From assembly GCA_025603075.1 (NCBI GenBank), contig MU626271.1, positions 124,001 to 188,000 on the forward strand: 64,000 bases of DNA. The letters are read 5' to 3'. The stretch's first letter is position 1. Each line of letters begins with the position of its first letter. Shown here piece by piece: positions 11,768 through 24,167 of this stretch. The stretch comes from Neoconidiobolus thromboides FSU 785. Taxonomy: Eukaryota; Fungi; Entomophthoromycota. Below the pieces are notes generated by a model. The model ran no database searches. It was not told the DNA's origin and saw nothing but the letters and a program-made list of their open reading frames with translations. Both the position numbers and the translations under genes were made by a program.

Positions 11768-13893
11768 ATGGATAATAAAAGGATAAAAAATCAATTTTAT
11801 ACATCAAAAAGTTACATTAATCAACTTCAGAACAAAAGTAGCATATCAAGAAGGAATGATAGTAATGATTTAAATAGTAAAGTGATAACAAAGCATATAT
11901 CTCAAGAAGACAAAATAGAAGCACCGACGTACAAAGAAGTAAAGGCTTGGTTAACTGAAGAGTTAAAACTAAACCAGAGTGACTTAATAGGAGTGATTAA
12001 TGGGATAGACGAAATAAAACCTAAGTTTGAGCAAAAATTGTTAACGGAAGAAGAGTATCATCTTTTAACAAAAAGCGACTGCGATAGAATTATATTAAAT
12101 TATTTAATTAAACATATACGCGATGAAAATGCAATAACGGAGTTAAGGAACCAGTTATATAATTTATCAATAGAAGAAGCCAATATGATTAAAGGAAGGA
12201 TACTCAAAAAGAATAAGTATTATGAGGGTAGTGAGTATATTAGTTTGAAGGAAAGGCTAAAAGACCAGGAGATACAATTTAGATTTCAAAATAGGATTTA
12301 TGAGGAGCAAGTTAAGTTGTTAGATGATAAAAAGAAAAGAATTACTGAGCTAAAAAAGGAAAAAGATGAGCTGATTCAAAACATCAAAGAGGATAAAACG
12401 AAGGTGATTGCCAAAAAAAAGATACATGATTATTTGGAACAAAAGAACGAAGAAGTTAAAGAATTGTTAGATGATATTAAAGTTGAACAAAATGAATCAG
12501 AAGAGTGTAATAAAAGAATGGAGTTAGTTTTTGGCTTAATTAAGGATTCAATAGAAAATAACAAAGATAATAAAGCTTTAATTCTAAACCATTTAACAGA
12601 GAACTTTGTAAATATTGATGGCTCATTGCTGATGTCTTATTTAAGAGATAAAACCAGTATATTGAAAGAAGAAGTGATGGCAAATTTTTGGAAACTTAAG
12701 ATAGAAACAAATGAAAATATTAAACAAGAAGATTACAATATAGCTAGTGAGGAGTTTGATTATTATCAGGTAAATAATAACAATAATCACAAAAGCTTTA
12801 ATAATTTTTTTAAAGGCATTTAAAGATAGAATACTGGAAGATCAATCGATGTTAAAAGAAGAACTTTTAAACAGTAATCAACTAGATATTGAAATTAGGC
12901 AATTGCTTCAGACTCAAAATGAACCATTCAAACAAAAGTAAGAGATATTAAGCACTATTATGTTTATTCTAATCCCTCTTTAGGTATGACAAAGAAGACT
13001 TTAATACAAATTTACATGATTCTTCAATACCATCAGATATAGAAAGTGACTACAGAACTTTGATAGAAATGGAAGAAGGTACGATTCAATCACAGAACAA
13101 TGAAGATGAACTGGATAAAATCAATGAACAGATAGTAAGGATAGGATTTCATTATTTGACACGATATTAATAGCTTTAAGGAGGATCAAAAAGAAAGGAT
13201 AGTACAACTAATACATATTAGTATGAAAAAGGAGGAAGAGATGAAAGAAATAAAAAAGGAAACGAATTTGTATTTAAGTGAAAATAAACAGGAGATTCAA
13301 AGTAAGATCCATAATATTAAAAAGGCACACGAAGAATTTGATCTCAAATTGAAGCAATTTAACCAACTTATTAATAGTAACTTTGAGTAAATTGTTTTAA
13401 TATTTGCTGAATATCAAACTTATTTTTTTAGTGAAATGCTTGAATTAAAGATCGAATCTAAGATACAAGAATGCTTTAATGCTTTATATCCATTTAAGGT
13501 AATAATTTAGGTTCATCGAGTAAAGATATAACTAACAAAAAATAGAATAAAGATAATTTACTGCTGACACTTCTAAATAAAAAAGAAGAAATTGATGCAA
13601 ATACACTAAAACAAGATAAAATAACACAATTTGAAACAGAATTTTATAAACAAATTCAAAGTTATTTAAATAAGTGGAAAGAAACAAGTGAAGAAGAAGA
13701 TATTAATAGCTTTAAAAAATTTATTCATTTTGTGATTGAGAATGATAATAAAAGAGGGGAAAAGGCAAGGGAAGAAGAGAAAGAAATTGTTTCAAAAATA
13801 AAAAACCATCTTTTACCTATAGCACAAGAAGCTTCAGTGAACCTTGAAGTTGTTTTCGATGAAAAAAAGGAGTTGGAAGAGTTTAGTGGTTAA
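11768..13893 (+). CDS. Hypothetical E/K-rich coiled-coil protein (multi-exon)
   Basis: 1-kb first exon followed by in-frame exons with canonical introns, ending ...ELEEFSG*. No domain recognised. Confidence 0.7.
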
Positions 13894-14118
13894 CTGTTAT
13901 TTGTATCTTTATGTTTGTAATAAATAAGTAAAATTTATTTTCATTTATTTTTAATAGGATTTAATTTATTTGATAGTTTGTATTTTGTATTTATATAATA
14001 TATAATATATTTTAAGCATTAAACCGAATATATCTAACACATATTGTAAAAAGTTCAAAATAAAAATTTAAAATTTTATTAAAGTGTGTTATATTGAAAA
14101 TTAGTTATTAATCACTAC

Positions 14119-15075
14119 TTAAGCTTTCTTAACTTTAGGGGTAGAGCGAGCTTGATAAGTTTTGTAAAAGAACTCAACAAAAAGTAAGAGATAGGAAGAG
14201 AGAAGATAACACCCAAAATTAGCCGCTGTTTCTGTCCCTGCACATGAGCCGACATGAGGTAAATGAGGATAATATTTGGAAACATACAAGTTATAAGTAC
14301 AAAAATATACGGCAGCTAAGTCAATGACAAATTGAGTAATTTGGAAAACAGTAACGTATTTTTTCCACCAGATCTTGCCTCCGAAGGTGGCTAAATAATA
14401 GTAGAAATACATTAATACATGTACGGCCAAATTTAATGTGATTGGAACATAAGACTATAAATAGTTTGTTAAATTAAAGTTAATCAAGAAAAACAAGCTC
14501 TATTACCACTGGTGTTTTTCCATTTAATTGGGTATAACAAAGTACCATTGTCAAACTATGATGATAATAATGTAAAAAGGCTAAAAAATTGATTAAGGTT
14601 AATTCAAAGTTAATAAATTGATATTACCTAAAGGCTTCTTTTTAACGACTAAAAAGAGTGTGTCAACAAGTTCATAATATTTAGTAAGATAGTTAAGATA
14701 GTATAAAAGTTGAAGCTTCTGAGTCCAAGCAGCTTGGTTACAAAGGGAATAATATAACCCATCGTTAACAATAACTGGTAATATCTGTTCAATAAAAAGT
14801 AACAATAATGCTAAACTCACTAAAGTTAAAAACAAATTGTGTGCACGGAACAAGAAGTTGAGCTTCAACGGGGAAGCAAAGGACATCAAATATTGTAATG
14901 AAAATATAGTTATCAAATATCCAACACAAGTACCATATACTATGCTATTCGTTGATAGTGGGGTGATTCCCTGTTCATAGTTGAAGTCTTCAGCTTTAAG
15001 ACCAGTTACAAAGAAGTATAACTTCTCAAATAAACGATATAAAGGTATACCAAAAGGAGTTTCTATACTAATCAT
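14119..15075 (-). CDS. ELO2: Very-long-chain fatty acid elongase (GNS1/SUR4 family, Elo2-like)
   Basis: YLNYLTKYYELVDT, FLHYYHHSLT, NLAVHVLMYFYY, WWKKYVTVFQITQF and a dilysine-like C-terminal KVKKA; three exons. Confidence 0.93.
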
Positions 15076-17137
15076 ATTATACTAGTGTGATTTTTAGTTT
15101 AGACCAATTTTAAAAGTTTAATAAAATAGAAAAGATAATCTAACTACCTTTTTAACTCTTTTTAACTCCTGATAGCAAAAAGTATTTGAATTTAAACACC
15201 GAACTTATTTCTTCAATGAGTGGTATTCTTATACAAATATGGTAATCCTATTACCATGATTAATTAACACCCTTTATTTGATTCTTTTCCAATTCCCTGC
15301 TCCTCCCTTACTTCCTGGCCTCGCTTCATTGGCTATTTTTAGTTTCCATTTTTCTTTTGTATCGTTCTATTTTTTTGTATAAAATAGTGGTCATTTTTTT
15401 AACTTTTATTGGCCGTTTATAATTCATGCTTTTATCCCTTTTAAAATTTTAAGTTGAGATAAACTATAATAAATCGAACAAGCATAGTATAATTACTTGA
15501 AATAATATATATAACTTTTTTCGATATCTTCTTATCGCAAAACATATACTTTATTATAAAAACATTATAGTTTTTATAATGATTTTCCTCAAAGGATACT
15601 CTACAATGTTATTAAAATAAAAATCTTTGTTGTTACTATAATTGTTTAAAATGAAATTAATTTCTATTTATAAATACTTTCTCCAATGTATAGTTTCAAA
15701 ACGCTTCACCATTAGCAACTTTGAAGCTTGTAATTTTGATGTAAGTACCAATAGTTACAATGTTGTTTAATATTACACTTTTAGACAAATACATGTTTAG
15801 GAGAGTGTTTGTTTATCAGATTATTCATGACTTTTGTTAATGCAAGCTATCACTTTATTGCTAAAGGTTTACATACTAACAAATTTTCATTAGATACCTG
15901 CATTTAAAATTAGTGTTTTGTATTGTTATTATAATTTATAGCTAAAACTAACTGCTTCGATACATTTTATTGGATATATTCTAAAGGCTAGTTGAACCTT
16001 ACCGTTAACCCCCTATGTTGAATAAAGTACAATATACCATTTGCGTCTAAGTTGGTGAATTTGTATCAGCCAATTGGGATTAGTTTCCATTTTTCAATCA
16101 AGGAAAATTACCAATGGAATCAAGAAAAACTTGTTGTTATTTAAGGATTATAATGAAACAATATAAATTTATAATATAATCGAAATATTCAATCAAAATT
16201 AATAATAAACATATTGTTTTTTATATCTTTACTTTATAATATTAAATCAATCTCAAGCTATTAATGAATTTTACTCTAAAATAAATTCTACAAGAATTTT
16301 AGAATTGGCTTGAATTATTGGCTAGCATTTAAATTTAGTCCCAGTTAATTTATCAACTTAGGTCAACTGTTATTTACAAACTTTAGTATATGATTTCAAC
16401 TGGCAAATATCTATATATATGAAATACTTTCACTTGATCATTTTTTTCCTATTTAATTTTTAAAATTAATAGTTAGCATTTCTTTTTTTGTTTTTTGTTT
16501 TTTTATTAAGCTGACTGTAGTATTTTTATTAATTTTGTTATTATTATTATGAAATTTGTACTTGTATTTGTTTTTATTTTTACAAATTAAACACTATGTA
16601 TAATATAAAGCTGAAAAAAAAGAAAAGTTGTATCAGAAAATTATCAAAATCACTATGAAAGTAAAGTTGTAAAAAATATTAATATTTTCTTCAATAATTC
16701 AGTTTTATACTTAGTTTTTTAATTATATTAACTTTTTTATAAATTACAGGCTTTAGTCTAAAATTAACTTTTTTCAATATTTTTAAAAAATAAATAAAGC
16801 AATTCTTATAATAATTTAAGAATATTTAAATTATTGGTTTAAAATTTTATTTTATAATTTAAAGTAAATAATTTAGCTGATTAATAAATTAAAATGTAAT
16901 ATTTATAAAACTAATATAAAATATAAAAAACAATAACAAAAATAGAATTTTAATCTAACATTTGAAAATATGTATAAATGAAATTTAATTTTTTTTTAAA
17001 AAATTCCTTTGTTTAGTATTGTGTTTTTATTACTTTTATTATTTTATTATTTTCTATTTTTTACACTTTTTAAAAATCATATTATTTTACCTAATGCTTT
17101 GAAACTATTTTTCCATTATCAAAGATTTCTAAAATAT

Positions 17138-17236
17138 GGGGATATATTTTTGTATTTAAGAATTTCACTAACAAATTTTCCACTTAAATAGCGCTTAAAA
17201 AAATGGAAAAAGTAATGAAGTCAAAAAAACGCTCCC
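17138..17236 (+). mobile_element. 99-bp MITE-like repeat, copy 1
   Basis: GGGGATAT...GCTCCC termini with ATAT on both flanks; family core CTAAC...AAATAGCGCTTAAAAAAATGGAAAAAGTAATGAAG. Confidence 0.85.
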
Positions 17237-17815
17237 ATATTGTAAAACCTGATACTTAGTGATTGAAGTCAATAACAGCTATCGCTTGGTTGACTATACT
17301 GTAAGTCGAAAGGTCTTAGTTTATATGACTAGGATGGACTTCAATTATGAAGAATAGCAAGTAACATAATACAGACTATGGAAGAAAAATATAATAGATA
17401 ATACTACTGTAAAATCTACATAAAATACTATTAAGGAAATTTAGTGGCTTTATTAAATGTATAAGGTATCGGGGAATAATTCAGTTAAAAAGCCTTGAAC
17501 TACTATGTTCTAAAATCTGTTTTATACTCTGACAAGTACAAATACCAAAACGAGAAGATAATATTCCTTAAGATGAAGCTAGAAATTCTCATAGCAAATC
17601 AAGCTAAGAGCGGGGATTAATTGTCTCTGAACCCGAGAACATAACAATTTAAGTGATTATTATGTTATAATCAATTATGGAGCTGATAAAGCGATATTTC
17701 ACAATCCCTATGTTAAAAACTTATAAATAAAAGCTTAATTTAGGTTAATTTTTGAATAACTTCTGGGACTAATTCAGACATCCTCTTGTGTTTTAAGTAA
17801 ATACAATAAATATAT

Positions 17816-17914
17816 GGGGATGTATTTTTGTATTTAAGAATCTTACTAACAAATTTTCCGCTTAAATAGCACTTAAAGAATGGAAAAAATAATGAAGTCA
17901 AAAAAGACACTCCC
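17816..17914 (+). mobile_element. 99-bp MITE-like repeat, copy 2
   Basis: Full length, ATAT flanks, same core. Confidence 0.85.
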
Positions 17915-18094
17915 ATATTTGAAAATTAAATGAATACATTATATATAAATACATATATACATATATCTAGATTAAATGTATGTAAAAATATACAAGTTTT
18001 TTAAAAAAAAGCTACCAGCTTATATATGCTTATGTAAAAAAACATATTAATAGTTGTTATTGATACAATAAATAATAAATAAGAGCTGATATAT

Positions 18095-18192
18095 GGGGAT
18101 GTTTTTTTGGTTTCATTACTTTTTCTATCTTTTGAGCACTATTTTAGCGGAAAAATTATTAGTGAAATTGCTAAACACAAAAATATATCCCT
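18095..18192 (-). mobile_element. MITE-like repeat, copy 3
   Basis: Reverse orientation: GGGGATGTTTTTTTGGTTTCATT...ATATCCC. Confidence 0.85.
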
Positions 18193-18253
18193 ATATTATG
18201 AAATAATATCATTAAAAGTAAATACAGGGATAAGTTTAGTAACAATAAATATA

Positions 18254-18348
18254 AGAATATTTTTTTGGTTTCATCACTTTCTATTTTTCAAATACTGTTT
18301 AAGTAGGAAAATTGCTAATAAAGTTCTTAAATAAAAAAATACATTTTC
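18254..18348 (-). mobile_element. MITE-like repeat, copy 4 (degenerate)
   Basis: TTTTTTGGTTTCATCACTTT...AAGTTCTTAAATAAAAAAATACATTTTC; termini eroded. Confidence 0.65.
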
Positions 18349-18720
18349 ATATGATTAAAGGTCATTATAAAAATATTAAACTATAAGTTAATTACATCCA
18401 TAATCTTTATTATTTCAATAAAGAATTGATGACGAAGATATAATTACAATGTAAAGAAAGCTATTTTTACTCTAAAATAATCTTTTTAAAATGAAAGCAA
18501 GATTATTTATGAGGCCTTTTTTTGTTTATAAGATCAAGCTTTGGTTCTAATACTTTTTGCATCTAAAATGGTAAAGATATTAAAGTATTTATTAATAGAC
18601 AATAGAGAATAATCGATATTCTTAAAATATTTAAATTCAATATAGATTTATCTATATTGGTTAATGTATTGTGTATTTGATATTAATTGTTGTTTATAAA
18701 GTGGACAGCTTAGAGTTAGA

Positions 18721-18830
18721 TAGGTGTTACAGTTATAAAAAGCCTTTTGAGTTTAAATAGTATTGGACTAACCTGTTGCGAAGGCATTGAGTATAACTAT
18801 TAGTATTTATAGACAATATTTAACAAAATG
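18721..18830 (+). mobile_element. Possible decayed non-LTR (L1/Tx1-like) reverse transcriptase fragment
   Basis: VLQL*KAF* followed, after a frameshift, by YWTNLLRRH..LLVFIDNI, resembling the RT segment LDxEKAFDxVxWxxL...FIxWI. Many stops. Confidence 0.3.
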
Positions 18831-19030
18831 AAATTAAAAGTCAAAGCTGTAAAATGTCATAATATTATATCTTTAATTTATAATTCATATTTAAAATAGT
18901 TATGATCGCTAAAGAGAAGGTTATGACTATCCATATGGAAATAAATTGCGAAAGATGACGAAACGATCATAAAATGATATCAATTTTACAAAATTTTATT
19001 TCTATAAAATTGTTTCAAATTTAAATAATT

Positions 19031-19713
19031 TTAAATGGAGTCAAGGAAGTTGTTGGCAAGGGAGCAAGAGAGACCAACTGCATCAGGCTAAATAACAGTA
19101 AGGAAACTGGTAAAAAAAAAGTATAAACTATGAACTTACTTCAACATCAAGCTTCTTGACAACACCATTTTCAATATAGGCAGCAAAACGCTTGACACGA
19201 GTACCACCAAGAGCTAAAACAAGGGTTAATACATATCAAAGAAAACTAACAATCTCTTACGAGCAGCAGGGAAGTCAAGACCAAGAGCCTTAGCAAGATC
19301 AGCTTGGAAATCAGCTAAGATGGTGACTTTGCCTTCAGCCTTAGTAGCTTCGGACCAAGCTTGGGTTACAAAAGCATCGTTAACGGTGACACAAACTACT
19401 TCTTCAATGCCTTTGTTTTTGATTTCTTGGTGTCTTTCAATATAAGAGGGTAAATGACTCTATAAAAAGTTAGTGTTCATTACTATTAGTATCATACTAA
19501 TGCTATCTACCTTGGAGCAACCTATAATGAATAGTTAGTAAGTAGTATAATAGCAATAGAAAAGCAAAGCTTACCAGGGGTAAAGGCACCTGGGACACCA
19601 ATCAAGATAGCCTTGTTTAATTTCTTAAAGTGTTCTAAAACGTTAACGTTGTCTTCTGGGTGTTTGTTATGTACAACAACAGATGGTAAAGAGTCTCCTA
19701 CTTTAATGGCCAT
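19031..19713 (-). CDS. Peroxiredoxin, PRDX5/Ahp1/Pmp20 type (5 exons)
   Basis: GVPGAFTPG-C-SKSHLP, VCVTVNDAFVTQAW, LADFQ, RFAAYIENGVV, VEPDAVGLSCSLA*. Confidence 0.95.
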
Positions 19714-19859
19714 TTTTATATAATATAAGTTAATTTATTTTATATCGAAAAGTAAGATTTAAAGCGACTTATATACTTTTTTCATTGAAGTATGATGTCA
19801 GCGCAAAACTCATAATTTATCCATTTCATCCCTTATCATTTTAGTGAACTATTGCTTTT

Positions 19860-20290
19860 TTTGGTGTTTAATTGATATTTAGGTTACTAACATCTCAGCT
19901 AATTAGCCTAATATTATTAGCAATGGCTTTTTAAGCGAGGTTCTTTTATGCTATCTAGAAGGTGCTAGTCTAATTCTTGAATATTATTATGATACGTCAT
20001 TCAATTTGATTTGTAATCTATTTATTATAGTTTCGATAGAACATTATTATATTTTGTAAAGCTGTTTACCCGTACTAAAGGTTAATTTGTATAAATAAAT
20101 GCAATATTCCTCAATGATAAAACCCTCTTTTAATGCTATCTTTGAGCTGCCTCTAATACAGCAATTATAAAATATTCTATCTTTATTATTCCATTTATTA
20201 ATATTTTTTAGACACTTTTATATAGCACTGAAAATAGTATTCCCAAAGTAATATAACAAAGCTGGGCCAGGAGAAGTATTTCAATAATTT
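19860..20290 (-). mobile_element. Decayed non-LTR (L1/Tx1-like) reverse transcriptase relic
   Basis: Motifs in the expected RT order: NTSPGP (KxPGPDG), LKEGFII, LYKI...IINRLQIKL (DYKIxxKxLxNRL), IANNIRLI (IxDNIRLI); interrupted by stops and frameshifts. Confidence 0.5.
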
Positions 20291-20993
20291 TAAATTTCTA
20301 AGGATCACTAAAGCTCTTCAAATAGGATATAAATTAAGCCAAATCTTTTATAACTTGTTAGTTTATAAATAACTTTTATAATCAATATTATCTATTTTAT
20401 TTTTTACTTATAAATTTAGATTAAGGTGCAATGAGTTTAGCCAGCAATCTAGAAGTTATAAAAAAAGGTATAAGGACTAAAGGATATTAATACACAGAAG
20501 CTAATGATTTATAAAAAGATCAATTTTTTTTTGTAAAACGGCAGTTAAAAGATTTGAATATAAATACTACATGTTATAAATTAGTTTATAACAAATAGAA
20601 TACAATCATTCAAAATAAATTACTATTTTTTGTTAAATTTTGGACACTAAATAGATTTATAATAGCAGCCTAATGATTGGCTAAAAATAAGTTATAATAA
20701 CCTGGGTTTATTTCAAATTTAGCTCATTAAAAATAGTCAATTTATAATTCAATTAAACTCAGTGAAATTAGTAATGTCATGATGCTATAGCAATAAGTAT
20801 TTAGGAATCAGATCGCCTTGATTTTTACAAGTACTTTTTATTATTAAAACAATGTTTTTACATAGCTTTTCACTTTACCAATAACCTTTTTATGGATAAC
20901 TAACGTTTTTTATAAAATGAGTAATTTTTTAAGAAATAAAATAAAATAAAATAAAATGTTCACTCTAAAGTCGATTTCTGATTAAAAAGGTAT

Positions 20994-21088
20994 GGGGATG
21001 TATTTTTTTGTTTAAAATTTTGCTAATCTTTTCCGCTCAAATAGCGCTTAAAGAATGGAAAAAGTGGCGAAACCTAAAAAGCATCCTC
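20994..21088 (+). mobile_element. MITE-like repeat, copy 5
   Basis: GGGGATGT...GCATCCTC followed by ATAT; family core. Confidence 0.85.
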
Positions 21089-21317
21089 ATATTTTGAGAA
21101 TATTCGATCATATATAAGAAGTGCTTATAAGTATAAACAAAATCATTTAAGTAAAAAGGATTTCAAATAATTGATAATAAAACTAGGATTCATTAGCTAA
21201 TTTTTATTTAAATAAATTATACCTTATAATAGTTATTAAACTTTTTAATTTATTTTACCAAATACAATAGAAATATAAAAATACTAATTAAGACTTATTT
21301 ATTTATTACTTTTAGCA

Positions 21318-22250
21318 TTATTTAACTATAACATATAACTCTTCTTCTTTTTCACTGTCTAGTATTTGTATTAATTTCAAATAATACTGTTGAGTTGAGA
21401 TAGGTATCTTTTTCCCTTTATGATTAATCTTATAAATCTCAAGCTCAACGCTACTATTGTTGATAATTTCCTATAATAATTTAAGCACTATATATCATAT
21501 ATCATTATTAAACTTACTTTATTAACTAAATCTCTAACATGATTTAAGTCGTCTTCAAGTGTTAAATAAACTGCGCCAATTAGTTTACCAACATTACAGT
21601 ATACAATAATTTCAAATAATTTTTTATGTGAAATATGTTTCGTTGTTTGTGTTTGACTATTATTACTAAACCCTAATTATTTAAGCTATAAATTATAATA
21701 AATTATGATAATAGTACCTGAAACTGTATTAAAATCAATAGGATTTAAATTGTCATTTTTAGTTATTGGAATATCTTCTTTAAATTTTTTAACATCTGAC
21801 TGGCTACTCTTATCTAATGGAAGATCTTGTGGCAAATTCCATACTTTATCATAATCTGGATTAGCTAAATAATTAGGTATAAAGCTTTGCCTATCAGCTT
21901 GAACATTAATCTCTATTTTACTTTTCCCCAAAATCTCAAGTATTTGCTGACTCTTTGTTAACTGATATCCTGTTTGACTCTGGTTATTTTTTAACTCAAT
22001 ATCAACGCCATGAAGCAACAATAGCTCTACTATATTCACATGTCCTCTTTTACAAGCCCAATGAAATGCAGTCCTTATAGATTTAATTTTAGTTTGAATC
22101 GGTTTAAAAAGTCAGAAGTGATTATTACCAACCGTTTACAACGTTTGCTGCATTCGGATTAACCCCCAGTGATAACAACGCTTTAACTGCCTTAATGTTC
22201 CCTAGTGCAGAGTATTCACGTAGCTGCTCTTCTTGTTCGCCTTTACTCAT
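21318..22250 (-). CDS. ANKRD40-like ankyrin repeat protein (about 4 exons)
   Basis: MSKGEQEEQLREYSALGNIKAVKALLSLGVNPNAANVVNG/WTAFHWACKRGH and FIPNYLANP match the human ANKRD40 motifs LREAAALGD, NGWTCLHWACKR and FVPNYLANP. Confidence 0.8.
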
Positions 22251-22883
22251 CTCTTTTTTAAAAACTTGTAAAAGTTTGCTTTTGGAAATTTGTTCTTTTG
22301 TGATTCGCTAAGATTATTAATTTATAAGATAAGCCAGCCAACCTCTGGTTTTTGCAAAACAAGCTAGACTATAGTAATAGCTTTACTTAATTTCTTTCAC
22401 AATCCTTCTCAATCAAACAATGCATCAATGAAAAGGACTAATGACTAACCGAATCGTGTATATTTTTCTATGGCCTGATTCAATTATATGTCTCTTTATT
22501 GATCCATCGTTTGATTGAGAGATACATTATAAATTATTAATTCTATTTCAGAGTTGTTAATAATGAAACATTGTCTACTTTCCATTGGTTTAAAATAGCT
22601 GTTCAGGAAATTCAAAACTAACACTAAATGGAGAGTGCTACTTAACTGTCTTAGTCTAATCAATAATGTTTTTTGGTTGGAACTTGTTTTTTTGATAATT
22701 AAGCTGAATTTATAAAGGTTGGCTTCATAATTACGGTTGTTACTCTTGCAACCTATACCACAAAAAAGGTCAGATTTATAACTTACCTCATAGTTCGTGT
22801 TAAATAATCTAGTTCTGAAATTTTGGGTTTTAGTTTTGAGGTTGAACGGGCAATTAGATAAATTAAGTTATTTTTTACCCTAT

Positions 22884-22977
22884 GGGGGTGTATTTTCTTT
22901 GTCTAAGAATTTTATTAACAATCTTCCACTCAAATAGTACTTAAAAAATGGAAAAATAATGAAATTAAAACATCCCC
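22884..22977 (+). mobile_element. MITE-like repeat, copy 6
   Basis: GGGGGTGT...ACATCCCC; family core. Confidence 0.85.
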
Positions 22978-23368
22978 TATAGCACTTTCATTCAATAAAT
23001 GAACATTGAGAGGAAAAAAAGATATTGTATATAAATTAGCATTTCTAATGATATAATTTTTAAAATATTATAATTGTAATTTAAAAGCAAACTATAAAAA
23101 TTATTTTGATACTTCAAACCATTTAAACTAAACAATTTTAAAGTTTTATGTAAGTTTTAGGGTAAATAATCTAGATTGAAACCTGATCTATAGTAAACCC
23201 AGCATTTAAAAAATAGGTTTGAATTAGGGCTAAGGTTTCTTGGTAAAGCGGTATAATATATAAATAAATATGATGAGCATAAATAAAGATAAATGAGTGG
23301 TATAAAAGAAAGCTTTATATTTGATAAAAAACATTAAAACTATTAAGTGTTATAATCCATTATAAGAA

Positions 23369-23833
23369 ATGCGATTCGATATAATATCATTGGCTTTATT
23401 TATTACACTAATTAACACTCAATTTTCGAACAATAATATCAATCCTTCCCTTAACCCTCAACTTGCTCCTAGCCCTAGACTGAGCCCCCAGAATATTAGT
23501 CCGATTTTAATTGATGACGAGCCTACAAGTACACGTAATAAGTTTCCGGTAACCACTAGCATTAGGGCATCAACAGGTTTTGGTGATATAAGGTCAACGA
23601 TGGAGTTCACTTCTACTCGAACTCCAAATGGCACAAAAACTGTTTCAACTTCTAGTCGTTCCAATATGTCGAGCAGCACCTCAAGTTCAACAGATCCTAA
23701 GTCTACCACTAGTAAAGCGTTTACCAATGTATCGGTTAAAACTTATAGTTCTACAAGCAATGGACTTAAATTACAGGCTGGGTATTTAAGTTGTTTCTTG
23801 GTTGGTATAGGTTTAGGTATTTTTTATTATTAA
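23369..23833 (+). CDS. Secreted Ser/Thr-rich protein, probably GPI-anchored
   Basis: Signal peptide MRFDIISLALFITLINT, S/T/P-rich body, SNG omega-like site and hydrophobic tail; intronless. Confidence 0.8.
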   Translation: MRFDIISLALFITLINTQFSNNNINPSLNPQLAPSPRLSPQNISPILIDDEPTSTRNKFPVTTSIRASTGFGDIRSTMEFTSTRTPNGTKTVSTSSRSNMSSSTSSSTDPKSTTSKAFTNVSVKTYSSTSNGLKLQAGYLSCFLVGIGLGIFYY

Positions 23834-24051
23834 TTTTAATACGCTATAAACAAATCATTGTTATTTTAGTTCGTTTTTTATTCTAATTTAATACTTACTA
23901 TTTAAATTACCATTGTTAGATATATATTACAACCTTACAAAGTTTAAAATACTCAATTGTTAATATAATCAGTTTTACTCTTATTATCAAAAAATAAAAT
24001 AAAATAAAATAAAATAAAATATTTAATACAGTTTTATCAGTTTTAGCATAT

Positions 24052-24149
24052 GGTGTTGTTTTTTTTGGTTTCCTTATTTTTCCATTTTTTAAGCGCTATT
24101 TGAGCAGAAAGATTGTTAGCAAAATTCTTAAACAAAAAAACACATCCCC
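24052..24149 (-). mobile_element. MITE-like repeat, copy 7 (left arm of palindromic pair)
   Basis: Reverse complement of copy 8 over a 77-nt identical core. Confidence 0.9.
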
Positions 24150-24167
24150 AAATAATAATTAAATATT

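Noticed and set aside
15600-16140. Possible decayed gene between ELO2 and the first MITE cluster
   Set aside because: Only short open stretches with no recognisable motif or consistent exon chain.
17160-17215. Conserved RNA hairpin TTTTCCA/TGGAAAA inside the repeat
   Set aside because: Variants among copies are not compensatory (for example TTTCTA paired with CGGAAA), so there is no covariation support.
19095-19140. Alternative CAG acceptor in the last peroxiredoxin intron creating a peroxisomal isoform
   Set aside because: The product would end ...FPYCYLA*, which is not a PTS1 signal; no support for use.
19511-19521. Selenocysteine in the peroxiredoxin active site
   Set aside because: The codon is TGC (Cys), not TGA.
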